NCBI RefSeq assembly: GCF_006345805.1 | Contig: NC_043000.1 | Location: 23,932,001-23,996,000, forward strand | DNA length: 64,000 nucleotides | Direction of reading: 5' to 3' | Source: Octopus sinensis | Taxonomy: Eukaryota | Part shown: positions 49,882 to 62,084 of the stretch, piece after piece | How positions within the stretch are numbered: position 1 is the stretch's first letter | How the letters are laid out: each line of letters begins with the position of its first letter | Position numbers and translations under genes: made by a program | The notes under the pieces: generated by a model | Told to the model about the DNA's origin: nothing | Seen by the model: the letters and a program-made list of their open reading frames with translations, nothing else | Database searches by the model: none

Positions 49882-50742
49882 CAAGGTTTGATCACTAAGT
49901 ATCTGGACTGTTGCCATAGTAATGAAGCTAAAGCATACAGAGTGAAACCGCTTGGCACAGATTAACCTTGAATCCTGCTGTGCATGCACACAAAGTTTTA
50001 ATGTTCCAGCTCACTTCTGCTGTTTACAGCTGTGCTTGGAAGGAAGGTGTGTAGCATGTGATTGTCGCATTGACCATGACAGAGAAAGTTGTCATGGTGA
50101 TACCTGCACAGAGGCCTACACAAAGTTACAGAAAGTGTATGGAGAGGAGTGTATAAGCCACACACAAGTGTACGAGTGGTTCAGACGCTTCCAAGATGGC
50201 CAAAAATATGTCGATATTGATGAACGTTCTAGGAGCCCAGCAACCAGCAGAACTGAGAAAAACATCGCAGACAAGTGTGCAGCTGTGAGGGGAAATTGCC
50301 GAATCACCACCTGTGAGTTATCAGAGGATGTGCAGACTAGTTATGGTTCAGTTCAGTCCATTATCACTGAAGGTTTGGTTATGAAATGAGCATCTGCCAA
50401 GTTTGTGCCAAAAATGCTTTCAGCTGACCAAAATGGCACTCGCGTTTCAGTTGCAAAAGATCTTGATTGTGTCGAGAATGATGAAAACCTTGTATAAGCT
50501 TCTGAGCATGTATCACCAAGCTTTTGGCAAAATTTGATGCCATGTCATGGTCAATGCAATGATCACACGCTACACACCTTCCTTCCAAGCACTGCTGTAA
50601 ACAGCAGAAGTAAGCTAGAATGTTAAAACTTAGTGTGCATGCACAGCAGAGTTCAAGATCAATCTGTGCCAAGTGGCTTCATTCTGTATGCTTTAGCTTC
50701 ATTACTAAGGCAACAGTCTAGATATTCATTGATCAAACCATG
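49882..50742 (+). mobile_element. Mariner derivative with ~250-bp inverted arms (the 5' end is present at both termini)
   Basis: 49882-~50130 is the reverse complement of ~50490-50742. The middle encodes the HTH region EAYTKLQKVYGEECISHTQVYEWFRRFQDG...AKFVPKML. TA at the right end. Confidence 0.85.
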
Positions 50743-52117
50743 TATATATTACACACATACATATACACAATGGGCTTCTTTCAGTTTCCATTTCCCAAAT
50801 TCACTCACAAAGCTTTGGTCAGCCCAGGGCTATAGTAGAAGGCATTTGCTCAAGATGCTGTGCAGTGGGACTGAACCTGAAACCACGTGGTTGCATGCCT
50901 GCACACATAGGAGAGTTATTACTTTCTGACCTTTTGCTATGTTTTGCTCTTTTACTTGTTTCAGTCATTAGACTGTGGCCTTGAAGAACTTTTAATTGAA
51001 TGAATTGACCCCAGGGCTTTTTTTTCTGTTTTAAACTTGGTACTTAATCTATTGGTCTCTTTTGCCAAACTGCTAAGTCATGTGGAGTAAACACATCAAC
51101 ACTAGAACACCAGTTATCAAGCAGTGATCACACACACACGCACACACACATATATGCGATGAGCTTCTTTCACTTTCCATCAACCAAGTCCACTCACAAG
51201 GCTTTGGTCAACCTGGGTCTATAGTAGAAGACACTTGCCCAAGGTGCCACGCAGTGGAACTGAACCTGGAACCATGTAGTTAGGAAGCAAGCTTCTTACC
51301 ACATAATCACGCCTATGTCTACTTAATATAAGTTCAATTAATAGATTTCTGTTTACACTCCACATAAACACTGCTAATATCACCAACATTCTGACATTTA
51401 TATTTCAGCTTTAATGCTCTATTGTATTCATTCTTGTTAGTTTGGGGGATTTTTGCCTCAATAATACTCAAGTTAATATTATCAAACTTTTGTTAGTTTA
51501 GCTTTTAACTGTTACAAGCATTTAATTCATGGAAAAACAATTACCAGCACAATGTTTTCTTCTTCAATCCGTCTACTTGTTATATAACCTCCAGGCTTAT
51601 TTATGATCAGCATATTTAATATTATATGTTTCATTGAAGGCAACAAGCTGGCAGAACCATTAGCCAGCCAAACAAAATGCTTAGCAACATTTCGTATGGT
51701 TTTACATTTGGATGAAATTCTGCTAAGGTCGACTTCACCAGCCATCCTTTCCAGATCAATAAAATAAGTACCAGGTGAATACTGAAAGTGATGTAATTGG
51801 CTTACCCCCTCCTCCTTGACATTATAGAGCTTGTGCCAAAATTTGAAACCAATATTGTATATTTCATTACCATTATAGATAGGGCAGTGAGCTGGCAGAA
51901 TCATTATCAAGCCAGAAAAAAATGCTTAGCAGCATTCCTTCTGGCATTTTACATTCTGAGTTCAAATACCACTGAGGTCAACTTTGTCTTTCATCCCTTC
52001 TGTGTCAATAAAATAAGTGCCAGTTGAGCACTGGGGTTGATGTAACCAAAATTTCTGGCCTTGAGCCAAATTTAGAAAGATTTATCGTTATATATATATA
52101 TATATATCTATATATAT

Positions 52118-52490
52118 AGGTGCAGGAGTGGCTGTGTGGTAAGTAGTTTGCTTACCAACCACATGGTTCCGGGTTCAGTCCCACTGCGTGACACCTTGGG
52201 CAAGTGTCTTCTACTAGAGCCTCTGGCCGACCAAAGCCTTGTGAGTGGATCTGGTAGATGGAAACTGAAAGAAGCCTGTTGTATATATGTATGTGTGTGT
52301 GTGTATATGTTTGTGTGTCTGTGTTTGTCTCCCCAACATTGCTTGACAACTGATGGTGGTGTGTTTACGCCCCCATAACTTAGCGGTTCGGCAAAAGAGA
52401 CCGATAGAGTAAGCTCTAGGCTTCCATAGAATAAGTCCTGGGGTCGATTTGCTCGACTAAAGGCAGTGCTCCAGTAAAGAGAGAGTATTA
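52118..52490 (+). mobile_element. tRNA-derived CORE-like SINE (full length)
   Basis: GGTGCAGGAGTGGCTGTGTGGTAAG head, core, microsatellite and tail. Confidence 0.85.
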
Positions 52491-52499
52491 TAAATCATT

Positions 52500-52915
52500 T
52501 TAAGTGGTCGATGCCAGCACCTATGCCAGTGGCACATAAAAAGCACAAGTTGAGTATGGCTGATGCCAGTACTGCCTGATTGGTTCCCATGCCGGTGGTA
52601 TGTAAAAAGCACCATTCAAGTATGACTGATGCCAGTGCTGCCTGACTGGCACCTGTGCTGGTGGCATGTAAAAAGTACCATTTGAGCAATGGTTGATGCC
52701 AATGCTGTCTGACAGGCTACCATGCCTGTGGCATGTAAAAAGCACCTAGTAAATTTAGGAGTGGCTGGTGTTAGGAAGGGCATCCAACTGTAGAAACCTT
52801 GCCAAATCAGACTGGAGCCTGGTGTAGCCTCCCAGCTTGCCAGTCCTCAGTCAAACCGTCCAACAAATGCCAGCATGGAAAGCAGATGTTAAACAATGAA
52901 GATGACAATGACGAA
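52500..52915 (+). mobile_element. (GAT)n-tailed retroposon with ~60-bp internal units
   Basis: Four diverged GTGGCA(C/T)(A/G)TAAAAAGCA-containing units precede the family core. Confidence 0.8.
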
Positions 52916-52941
52916 AGCAATAAAAATGTGAATATACAAAC

Positions 52942-53001
52942 CTTATGGCACAAGAACGAGCCTCCTTTCTTTACTCTACTCGTTCCTTTAGAAGGCCCTT
53001 T
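52942..53001 (-). CDS. SUMF1: SUMF1 internal exon, equivalent to human exon 8
   Basis: Acceptor gtcttcttttag|A and donor AAG|GTTTGT. 60 nt encoding KGPSKGTSRVKKGGSFLCHK, which includes the first active-site Cys. Confidence 0.95.
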
Positions 53002-53378
53002 CTAAAAGAAGACAGGAAAAAAAATTCAAAAAGCAAACTGTTCAAAAAACATTACACGATCTTGCAAAACAGAGATAATATTGCAATTAGATAGTAGAAG
53101 AGAAATTGCAGTTGTCACAAGATATGGAGAAAAAAAAAAAAAACTTCTTAAATTCACTTTCTATTGATTTCTTGAACTTTCAAAATTTTTGTCACACCAT
53201 TGCTATTTTGGTCACCGACACTGTTCTATTTCAGAGATTATGTAGTAGTTCTTTGATTAAACAATAGTAAGACAATATCCTCTTTATTTATTTACTTTTC
53301 CACATCTGCCCCCACCATCCTTTCTAACAGCATCTCACCATTTGCTGCAATCTTTTGTTATCTTCTGAGTTTCTACAC

Positions 53379-53668
53379 CAGTGGTTCTCAAAGTGGGTGG
53401 TACTGTCCCGCTGGGAGCTATGAAAAGATCAGGGGTGGGGGTGAAGAAAAGCGGGCTGATAAGGGGGAACCCAAAAGAGTGCGGTGAATGTAAAAACAAC
53501 AAAATAACAGGTTAATTAGGCTAAGCTTTATTTGTGAAATACAATTGTCTTAAAGTTGCTACAGAAAGTGGTCTATGTTTGTGGTGGTGGTGAGGGATGG
53601 AGGGGGGCACTAGGAATGCAGCTTGGGTGCCAAGGAGACAACAGCCTGAACAAGTTTGGGAACCACAG
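53379..53668. mobile_element. hAT/Charlie-type MITE
   Basis: TIRs CAGTGGTTCTCAAA/TTTGGGAACCACAG; degenerate 8-bp TSD ttctacac/ttctgcat. Confidence 0.7.
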
Positions 53669-54479
53669 TTCTGCATCCAATGATCAGCTTTCATTACTTT
53701 TACCTAGGTCTTCCTTGATCTTCTTCCACAGTTTCCTTTTACAGGTGGGTCCCCTGACACATTTTAACTCCTCTATTGTTATTTATATGTATTACATATC
53801 CATACAAATGCAGTTGTCTACGATCCCTATTGATTGTTTTTTTTTCTTTCCCCCTTTTTTTTATTTCCTCTTTTTTCTTTCCCTTTTACGATCCCTTTTG
53901 ATCCTGTCTGTGTGCAGCCCTGTGTGACTAATAAAGAAACATATCTTACTACAGTGATTTCTCTTGTACCTAGTTTATCCCCCAGCTCATACACACTAAC
54001 ATTACACGTTTGGTGAAGCAGGCTCTATTCATTTCTCTCCAACCATCACACATCCTTTACACTCACTGTCTACATCTCACAAACATGAAGTGTTACACTT
54101 TCTACACAAGCAATGTACAATTGACCTTCAATCAATGAAAGAATCCTTTCATCACTAGCAGAGATAACAGCTTTCTGAACTTTTTCCACCCTATTCTTAT
54201 TCTGGCTGTTATGCTTTCTAATCACCCTCCCTCACAGGTGATTAGGTTGTTTGATAACAGAAGCTATCCACTACTTCTGTGGATTTTTTTAAAGAATTGA
54301 TAAGAAGCACTGATAAGAAATACTCTGCCTGTTAACTGTGCACCTGCACAAACAAGGTATTTATTATCACCTTGATCTTGTGCACTCATAGTTCATACTT
54401 TGTGCACCATAAGAAGTTCCTATCTGCTCCTTCTCTGCATATTTAGCACAGGTGGTTTTCTTGAGGGTACTTAGTAATC

Positions 54480-54875
54480 CTGTTGGTGCTGGTACCACGT
54501 AAATAGCACTGCTGCTGGCGCCACATAAAAGGCACTGAGCTGGTGTCGCATAAAAAGCTCTAGTACTGGTACCACGTAAATAGCACTGGTGCTGGTATCA
54601 CAAAAAGCACTGCTGCTGGTGCCACATGAAAAGCACTGGTGTAGGTGCTGCATAAAAAGTGCTGGTGCCACAAAAAAAAGCACTGGTTCCACATAAAAAG
54701 CACCCAGTATACTCTGTAAAGCAGCTGGTGTTAGGAAGGGCTTCCAGCCGTAGAAACTGAACCAAAAACAGACTATGGAACCTGGTGCTGCCCCTGGCCT
54801 TGCCAGCTCCTGACAAGCCATCCAACCATGTCAGCATGGAAAACTGATGTTAAATGATGATGTTGATGATGATGC
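54480..54875 (+). mobile_element. (GAT)n-tailed retroposon with a ~24-bp internal tandem array
   Basis: About ten CACATAAAAAGCACTGGTGCTGGTGC-like units precede the family core and (GAT)n tail. Confidence 0.8.
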
Positions 54876-55126
54876 ATACGTGTGTGCATGTTGCTGTCTC
54901 CTTATCTTGACATTGTGTGATAGTAGTAAACAAGCATCACTCTTTTCAATCTTCTACAAAACATGTCTGACTATGGGGAAATGTCGTATTACTTATAAAC
55001 AGATAATGGTTGACAACAGGAAGGGCATCCAACCATAGAAAAATCTGCTCCAACAAACTGTGTCCAATCCAGCCAAGCATGGAAAAGTGGGAATTAAATG
55101 ATGGTGACAACATTAAGACCCTAGAT

Positions 55127-55616
55127 CAGGGGTTTCCAAAGTGGTCGATGGGACTATTCAAGGGGTCGATAAATGCCTGAAACTGCACATCTGCTTCATC
55201 ATCGTCATCCAGGGTTTTGTCCCCGTTAACGGGGGGTGGCCAGATCATCTTCAATGCTATAGCAACTGAGGTAGGCAGGTGCTGCCCACCCAAACCTTTG
55301 GGCTGGCTGGTGCCCATTCTCCTTTGCTATCATGAAGCTTTTTTGGAGCTGGATTTTTCTATGGGGAGTATGCCCTTGCTTACCCCGAACCTCAGTTTTT
55401 AGACATGAGTGATCCTGAGACCAAGGCCTCTACCACAATTTTTAAGAAATGTGATGGAAAACTAGCTCAGGAAGGCAGGGATGTTACTCCCTGAAACCCC
55501 TTTCGGAGTCCCACTACCTAAACTGCATGTCTACTTAATTATTATTTATTTATTTATTTTCTTGTACATGTCTGGTGGTTGATAAAGGGTCAAGGATTCC
55601 ATGACGGAGACCCCTG
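55127..55616. mobile_element. hAT/Charlie-type MITE interrupted by a (GAT)n-tailed retroposon
   Basis: Ends CAGGGGTTTCC ... GGAGACCCCTG; TSD ccctagat/ctctagat fits the Charlie NTCTAGAN target. Insert at ~55195-55525. Confidence 0.75.
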
Positions 55617-56145
55617 CTCTAGATCAAATATAAACTATCTGAAAAGTCTGTTGCATCTTGGGAGTTTCTCCTTTTAGCCAAACAAATTCTCTATAATCCA
55701 ACAAAGCCACAGATGCAAGTTTGAGATAAGAGACCCTTATATTTGTTATCAAAACCAAGCATCTACTAAAAGTATTAACAACAATCTGCCATGCTAATCT
55801 ATCATGATGTGGAAAGGGGATGGTAAAAAGGTAAAAAGTGTATGTGAGAGAGGGGGGGGCAGGGGGCGGGGGCAAGTCAAAGGAATGCCACTAGAATATA
55901 CACACCCTCACACATCTCCCTCTATCTCATTTTCTATCTACTTCTATTATAGTAAAGTGTTAAGGGGATGATAAAAGCATGTGTGTATGTGTGTGTGAGA
56001 GAGAGAGGGGGGGAGAAAGAGAGATGCAAAGGAATGCTAGTGGTATAAACATACACTCAAACATCTCTCTCTCTCCATCTATGTATCTTTTATTATATTA
56101 AAATGTTAAGGGTATGATAAGTGTGGTGTGTGTGTGTGTGTGTGT

Positions 56146-56186
<41 letters not shown>

Positions 56187-56595
56187 AGTAATTCAAATGA
56201 ACACTACTGGTACATACACACACACATGAACACTAGTGACATACACACACACACACACACACAGAGACAGACAACAATTAGCAGTGAATGTGTATGTGTG
56301 ACAGTGATGGGGTATATATGTAATCAACTACTGCATATATTATTTGTATATACAGATTATAACTTATAAATATAACATCTAAAGTGCCATGTTGATCTTT
56401 AATGGTTAGTGGTTAAGCCTAATTAAACCATGGATTATCCAGAGCTTCAGTAAGTCAACCTAAATTAATATGGAAAAAACCACTTATTGTAGTCATGGAT
56501 AATGTTATCAACATCAATTGACACCAAACCCATTCAGGAAGCTGTTGTATTCTTTACTCAATGCTGTCAGTTGGTTATTGTTATCTAAAAGACTT

Positions 56596-56945
56596 CCATC
56601 ATCATCATCATCATCATCATCATCTGGGTTTTTGTCCCAGACGATGATGATGGGGTGGTGGCCGGATCTACTTCAATGCCATAGCAACCAAAGTAGGCAG
56701 GTGCAGCCTAACCCAACATTTGGGCTGGCTGGTGCCCATTCTCCTTTGTTATTGAGGCTTTTTTGGAGCTGGGTTTTCAACGGGGAGCATGCCCTTGCTT
56801 ACCCTCAACCTCAGTTTCTAGACATGAGTGGTCCCGAGACCAAGGCCTCTACCACGATTTTTAAGAAATGTGGTGGAAAACTAACTCAGGAAGGTAGGGA
56901 TGCTACTCCCTGAGACCCCTTTTGGAGTCCCCATCCTTCCACTGC
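56596..56945 (-). mobile_element. Second (GAT)n-tailed retroposon family, homologous to ~55195-55525
   Basis: ~330 bp, high similarity to the insert in the Charlie MITE 1.4 kb away; (CAT)n on the plus strand. Confidence 0.7.
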
Positions 56946-57002
56946 ATTTGAATGGTGGGGGAGGGGTAAAAAATCTCAAAAAAAACAAATAGAAATTCTT
57001 AC

Positions 57003-57119
57003 TGGATTTTTAGCAAACTCTTTAGAATGATGTGTATTCCACCAGTCTTGTGTCCATTCCCATACATTTCCAATTATATTTTTCAGTTTGAACTTGTTCT
57101 GAGTTGGGAATGCATCCAC
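57003..57119 (-). CDS. SUMF1: SUMF1 internal exon, equivalent to human exon 7
   Basis: Acceptor tctcttttcag|G and donor CCA|GTAAGA. 117 nt encoding [39 protein letters not shown] (GNxWEW motif). Confidence 0.96.
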
Positions 57120-58318
57120 CTGAAAAGAGATTGCAATAACAAAATATGTCAGTGTTACTTTTAATAAATGTTCAGTTCAACAGCCTAGAAAGATTGGTAA
57201 CAAAAATTTATATCTTTTACTTGCTTCAGTCATTGGACTGCGGCCATGCTGGGGTGCCACCTTGAAGAATTTCTAGTCAAATGAATTGACTCTAGTATCT
57301 ATTTTTCATTTTAAGCCTGTTTCTTATTCTGTCAATCTCTTTCGCTGAACTGTTAATTTATGAGGACATAAAAACATCAACATGTGTTGTCAAGTGGTGG
57401 TGGGGGACATACATATATAGCTGATGGGCTTCCATCTAGCAAAGTCATACAAACACACACAAAGGTGGTGCTGTATCTTTGAGAAGTTTGCTTCCCAACC
57501 ACATGATTTTTGCCTTGGTGCCACTGCATGACACCTTGGGCAAGTGTCTTAACTTTAGCCTCAACTTGATCAAAATCTTACAAGTAGATCTTGCTGGTAT
57601 ATGGAAGCTAAAAGAAGCCTGCTGTGTGTGTGTGCTCTCTTCCTAATGCCAATGGGTGCTTTTATTTGTCACTGGCACCGGTGCCATTTGCATGACACCA
57701 GTATCTTCCGCAACTGTGATTTTGCCTGGCTTGATGGGTCTTCCTCTCAAGCACGACATAATGCCAAAGGTCTCGGTTATTGCTTCTGCGAGGCCCAATG
57801 CTCGAAAGGAACTGCCTCTGTGAGGCCCAACACTCGAAAGGAACAGATATATTGATGTATAATAAATTAGAGAGGTATTGTTCTTTCACTACATGCAGTG
57901 GTCTGTGAGACTTCTATTGGAGGACTACCACTAAGTGTCCTGTGTTATTTGATGATACCACTGAATTGACTATTGGCTTGTCATCAATTATTGTTGTCAT
58001 ATTCACTTCTCTGCTGTCAAAGACCTTGTCCATAACCCTGAGCACAGGAACCATGCTGGTTGATGTCAGTTAAAGCTAGCTAAGACTAGAACTTGCAGCA
58101 GCAGGTGGTATTGTTTCTCTCTAAAATAGCTGAAATACAAATAGCAATATATATATATATATAATATAGGCATCAATAGAAAACACAAAATTCAGGTAAT
58201 CGATAAACAATTGTTTATCGATTACCTTAATATTATGTCTTCTATCGATGCCTATTTTATTCATATTCTGAGCATGGCATGGTTGTCCTATATAAAGAAT
58301 TAATTCCTTCATTCTTTT

Positions 58319-58356
<38 letters not shown>

Positions 58357-58498
58357 GACAGAGAAAGAGAGAGGGGGGTGCGTGCATGTAATATCTTTGT
58401 GATGTGTCTGTGGAGAGCGTGGAATGTGTGTGTGTTATTTATTTAAAATCTAAAACTTACTTCAGAATATCAGGTGTTAAAATATGAAACACTTCTAA

Positions 58499-58717
58499 TT
58501 AACCCCTTAGCAGTCAATCAAATGTAAAGCTTATTTATTCACATTGTTTTGAATTAATTATGCATTATCTTGTAGTGATGAAATTTCAATGATGTGAGTG
58601 TTTATTTTTAGAATGACATTGTAGGATAGGTGTGAGAGGCCAGATCTGGTCAGTTTGAACATAAAACAGGTAAAATATTTGGGCTAAAAATGGCCAGTTT
58701 AAATGCCAAAGTGTTAA
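58499..58717 (-). mobile_element. ~220-bp piggyBac-type MITE (copy 3, inverted)
   Basis: TTAA flanks; reverse complement matches 16105-16331. Confidence 0.75.
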
Positions 58718-58990
58718 ACTGTAAAAACAAGTTTCCAAAGTACGTAGAATAATGCTTTCTTCTAATTCTTGTTTGCTAATGTAACTATGACTAAAATTAG
58801 CCATTTTGATTAACAATTCTCAAATGAATTCTGTATATAAAGCATCTAATGCATTGGGGCCTGGTACAGTCTCCCAGCTTACCAGTTCTTAGTCAAACCA
58901 TCCAACCTATGCCAGCATAGAAAGCAGACATTAAATGACGATGATGATGAGGATTGTTTGAAGGACAAATGTAACTATAACAAGACTTAC

Positions 58991-59105
58991 CGGTGCTGTA
59001 CCAAGGAAACCATCATCTCCAGTATTTTTTGTAGGAAATTCTCCATGCCATATATTCATCCAATGTTTGTTCTCTGGATTTTCTTTGTTACCCCAGGGAA
59101 ATTTT
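58991..59105 (-). CDS. SUMF1: SUMF1 internal exon, equivalent to human exon 6
   Basis: Acceptor tatacaattag|A and donor CCG|GTAAGT. 115 nt encoding [38 protein letters not shown]. Confidence 0.96.
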
Positions 59106-59307
59106 CTAATTGTATATAAAGTGTTTATAAATTGTTAAAATGATTTTAATTAAATTAGAAAGATGTACTTGCATAGCAAGTATTTTTGATCTGAGATTAC
59201 GTGCTGAAATTAAAGTGATTATAGGATGGAAGACATAGGTTAGCCTTTCAGAAACACACAAAGGCTATTAACTTCACTCAACCAGTCATTTGTAATATGG
59301 TGTCAAG

Positions 59308-59749
59308 GCAGCTAGCTGGCAGAAACATTAGCATAATGGGCGAAATGGTTAGCGGTATTTCGACTGTCGTTATGTTCTGAGTTCAAATTCCGCCGAGGTC
59401 GACTTTGCCTTTCATTCTTTTGGGGTCGATTAAATAAGTACCAGTTACGCACTTGGGTTGATGTAATCAACTTGATCCCTTTCTCTGTCCTTGTTTGTCC
59501 CCTATATGTTTAGCCCCTTGTGGGCAATAAAGAAGAAACGTTAGCACGTCGGGCGAAATGCTTAGCGGTATTTCGTCTGTTGTTGTGTTCTGAGTTCAAA
59601 TTCCGCCGAGTTCGACTTTGCCTTTCATCCTTTCGGGGTCGATAAATAAAGTACCAGTTTCACACTGGGGTCGATGTAATCGACTTAATCCCTTTGTCTG
59701 TCCTTGTTTGTCCCCTCTGTGTTTAGCCCCTTGTGAGCAGTAAAGAAAT
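59308..59749 (+). mobile_element. Head-to-tail dimer of the same tRNA-derived SINE with one TSD
   Basis: Two copies joined at agaa microhomology; 13-bp TSD ATATGGTGTCAAG at 59295-59307 and 59750-59762. Confidence 0.85.
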
Positions 59750-59916
59750 ATATGGTGTCAAGATTTTCATCACTCGAAACTGCAACTGCTGCTGCCACTG
59801 CCACCAGCATCATTACTTTACATCCACTTTTCCATGCTGGTATGAATTGAAAAGGTTTTTCAAAGGCAGAGTTTTACATCTGAATGTCCTACCTGCTGCC
59901 CTTTACAACAAATAGT

Positions 59917-60000
59917 TACACTATCTTTACAAATAGATACACTGTATCTTTACAAATAGGTACAGTGTGTCTTTACAAATAGGTACACTGTCTTTACAAC
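59917..60000. repeat. ~23-bp minisatellite, about 4 copies
   Basis: Unit approximately TACACTGT(A/G)TCTTTACAAATAGG. Confidence 0.8.
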
Positions 60001-60119
60001 AGTTAAAGAACAGTGTACCTATTATAAAACTGGGACATACAAAGAGTCAGCAGATAGAGAAGTGTAAAGCCAACAAAAATTTAAGAGAAATGTCAAAATA
60101 CAAAAAAATTCAATGTTAC

Positions 60120-60242
60120 CTTTGTAATAAACCACCTCGACAAGCATACTCCCATTCTGCTTCAGTTGGCAGCCTTTTGCCAGCCCATTTACAGTACTTA
60201 ACAGCATCATTCCAAGAAACATGGATAACTGGATGGTTCATT
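60120..60242 (-). CDS. SUMF1: SUMF1 (formylglycine-generating enzyme) internal exon, equivalent to human exon 5
   Basis: Acceptor tcttttttag|A and donor AAG|GTAACA. 123 nt encoding [40 protein letters not shown](R), with the FGE-sulfatase [10 protein letters not shown] motif. Confidence 0.96.
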
Positions 60243-60322
60243 CTAAAAAAGATTATATACAAATACAATATTCATTTATTTATTACTTACTAATACTACT
60301 AATTATTATCATTATTACATTG

Positions 60323-60324
<2 letters not shown>

Positions 60325-60355
<31 letters not shown>

Positions 60356-61280
60356 CTTTGTCACGCAGTGTAGATAAAAATTGCAGCAGGATATTTAGTC
60401 ATTTGTCAAGTCACAACAAGGACTGCAGACAGCTAATACTTTCCTTGAAGGTGGCGAGCTGGCAGAAATGTTAGCAGGCTGGGCGAAATGCTTAGCAGTA
60501 TTTCGCCTGTCTTTATGTTCTGAGTTCAAATTCCGCATAGGTCAACTTTGCGTTTCATCATTTCGGGGTCAATAAATTAAGTGCCGGTTGCATACTGGGG
60601 GGGGGATCTAATCGACTGCCCCCCCCCCTTCGGGCTTTGTGCCTAGACTAGAAAAGATAATACTTTCCTTGAAATGTGTGCAGCACTTAGCAATACTGAA
60701 TTCCCAACCACTTGAAGTTTGTGGGATTGATCTTAATGCCCCAATCACAACTGGCATCACTTTTACATTACTCTCTCACTTTCCAAACAGTCTTACTATC
60801 TTCACTTTAAGTTTAGAATAATCTCAGAATATTGTTGCTTTCCCATCCTCCAGCATTACATGGATAGCCACATGTTCATACCAATTCTTTGCAATTTCAT
60901 GTTGGTATTTATGACTTAAAAGCCAATGAAGGCACAAAGAGATTTTATCATGGCAACACTTGTATTCTTTTTGCACAAAACTCTTGCAACCATTTATAAA
61001 GTGGGTTACATTTTCCACATTCTTTCCACAGTTTGCATTTCTGGGTGTCAGAAGTTTTGTACATGCTATATTTTACAGAATTGGTAGCAATAGCTTAGCC
61101 TTGTGCTGCATTCATAGGCTTTCAGTGGTATGTTTCATATAACCTTGCTTAAGCCATGCCCATGATGTTTTATCCTTCATATCCTGTGTGTCTCATTCAA
61201 ACTGACCATGCATTCTCATTTCTGGATCATTTCTCTTCTCAACTCTTTGGTTAAACCCTTCCTTACTAAGTATTTCAGCT
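60325..61280 (-). mobile_element. R4/Dong-like LINE 3' fragment interrupted by a SINE
   Basis: Reads MHGQF...SWAWLKQG...IATNSVK...QKCKL..KNVENVTHFINGCKSFVQKEYKCCHD..LHWLL...WYEH (CCHC knuckle region), with stops. Ends in a (TAA)n tail at ~60325-60352. Confidence 0.8.
60450..60657 (+). mobile_element. tRNA-derived SINE inserted in the R4/Dong fragment
   Basis: 16-bp TSD TAATACTTTCCTTGAA at 60434-60449 and 60658-60673. Confidence 0.9.
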
Positions 61281-61494
61281 GCATTTATACCCATATCTTC
61301 TGCTAACAGAGAAAATGCTTAGTTGCATTTCTTCAATTTACATTCTGAGTTTGAATTCTGCTGGCAAGAACTTTGTCTTTCATCCTTTCACAATCAATAA
61401 AATATATAACAGTCAAGTATTAGAGTTGATGTAATCAACTCCCCCCCAAAAAATTACTGGCTTCACGCCAAAATTAGAAACAATTATTATTATT

Positions 61495-62034
61495 ACTGAG
61501 TGAGAGAGCAGTGCATGCCATCAGAGACACTGGGGTACAAAGAGATGAAGCCCAATATACCCATCATGACTACCTGTCTGATAAGGGTATACCAGGCACA
61601 TGCATCACAACCATATGTGTATGACATAGTGACCTCATATCAAGATAACCAGTGCATGACTTTGCAGGTGGGGCCTAGTTTGAGTAATCCATCCTGCTTA
61701 AAAGGTCCCTGAATAAGGTTTGTTTAAGGATGATGAACAATATACCCATGTTAAAAGAGGTGAGTTATTCAAACCCCAAAGAATTCTTCTCAACACATGG
61801 ATATGATGCTCCCCAACTACTTCTGCTCGTGATTAGAGATGCACATATCATAAGCCACCAAGGGATATGCTCATCTGGTTATGGTCAAACAACTGACAAG
61901 CAAATCTGTGGTATTGAGCAGAATATTTACTGTAGCCCATCTTTTATACAAAGACAAAACAATGTACATGATAACACTTTCAATCAGTTAAGATCAGAAG
62001 TCATGAGAGCCACTGCCTGGTACTGCATCAGGGC

Positions 62035-62075
<41 letters not shown>
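61495..62075. repeat. Unclassified ~540-bp interspersed-repeat-like segment bounded by (TTA)n
   Basis: Non-coding, higher GC than its flanks, (TTA)n on both sides. Family not identified. Confidence 0.4.
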
Positions 62076-62076
<1 letters not shown>

Positions 62077-62084
62077 GACAGCAA

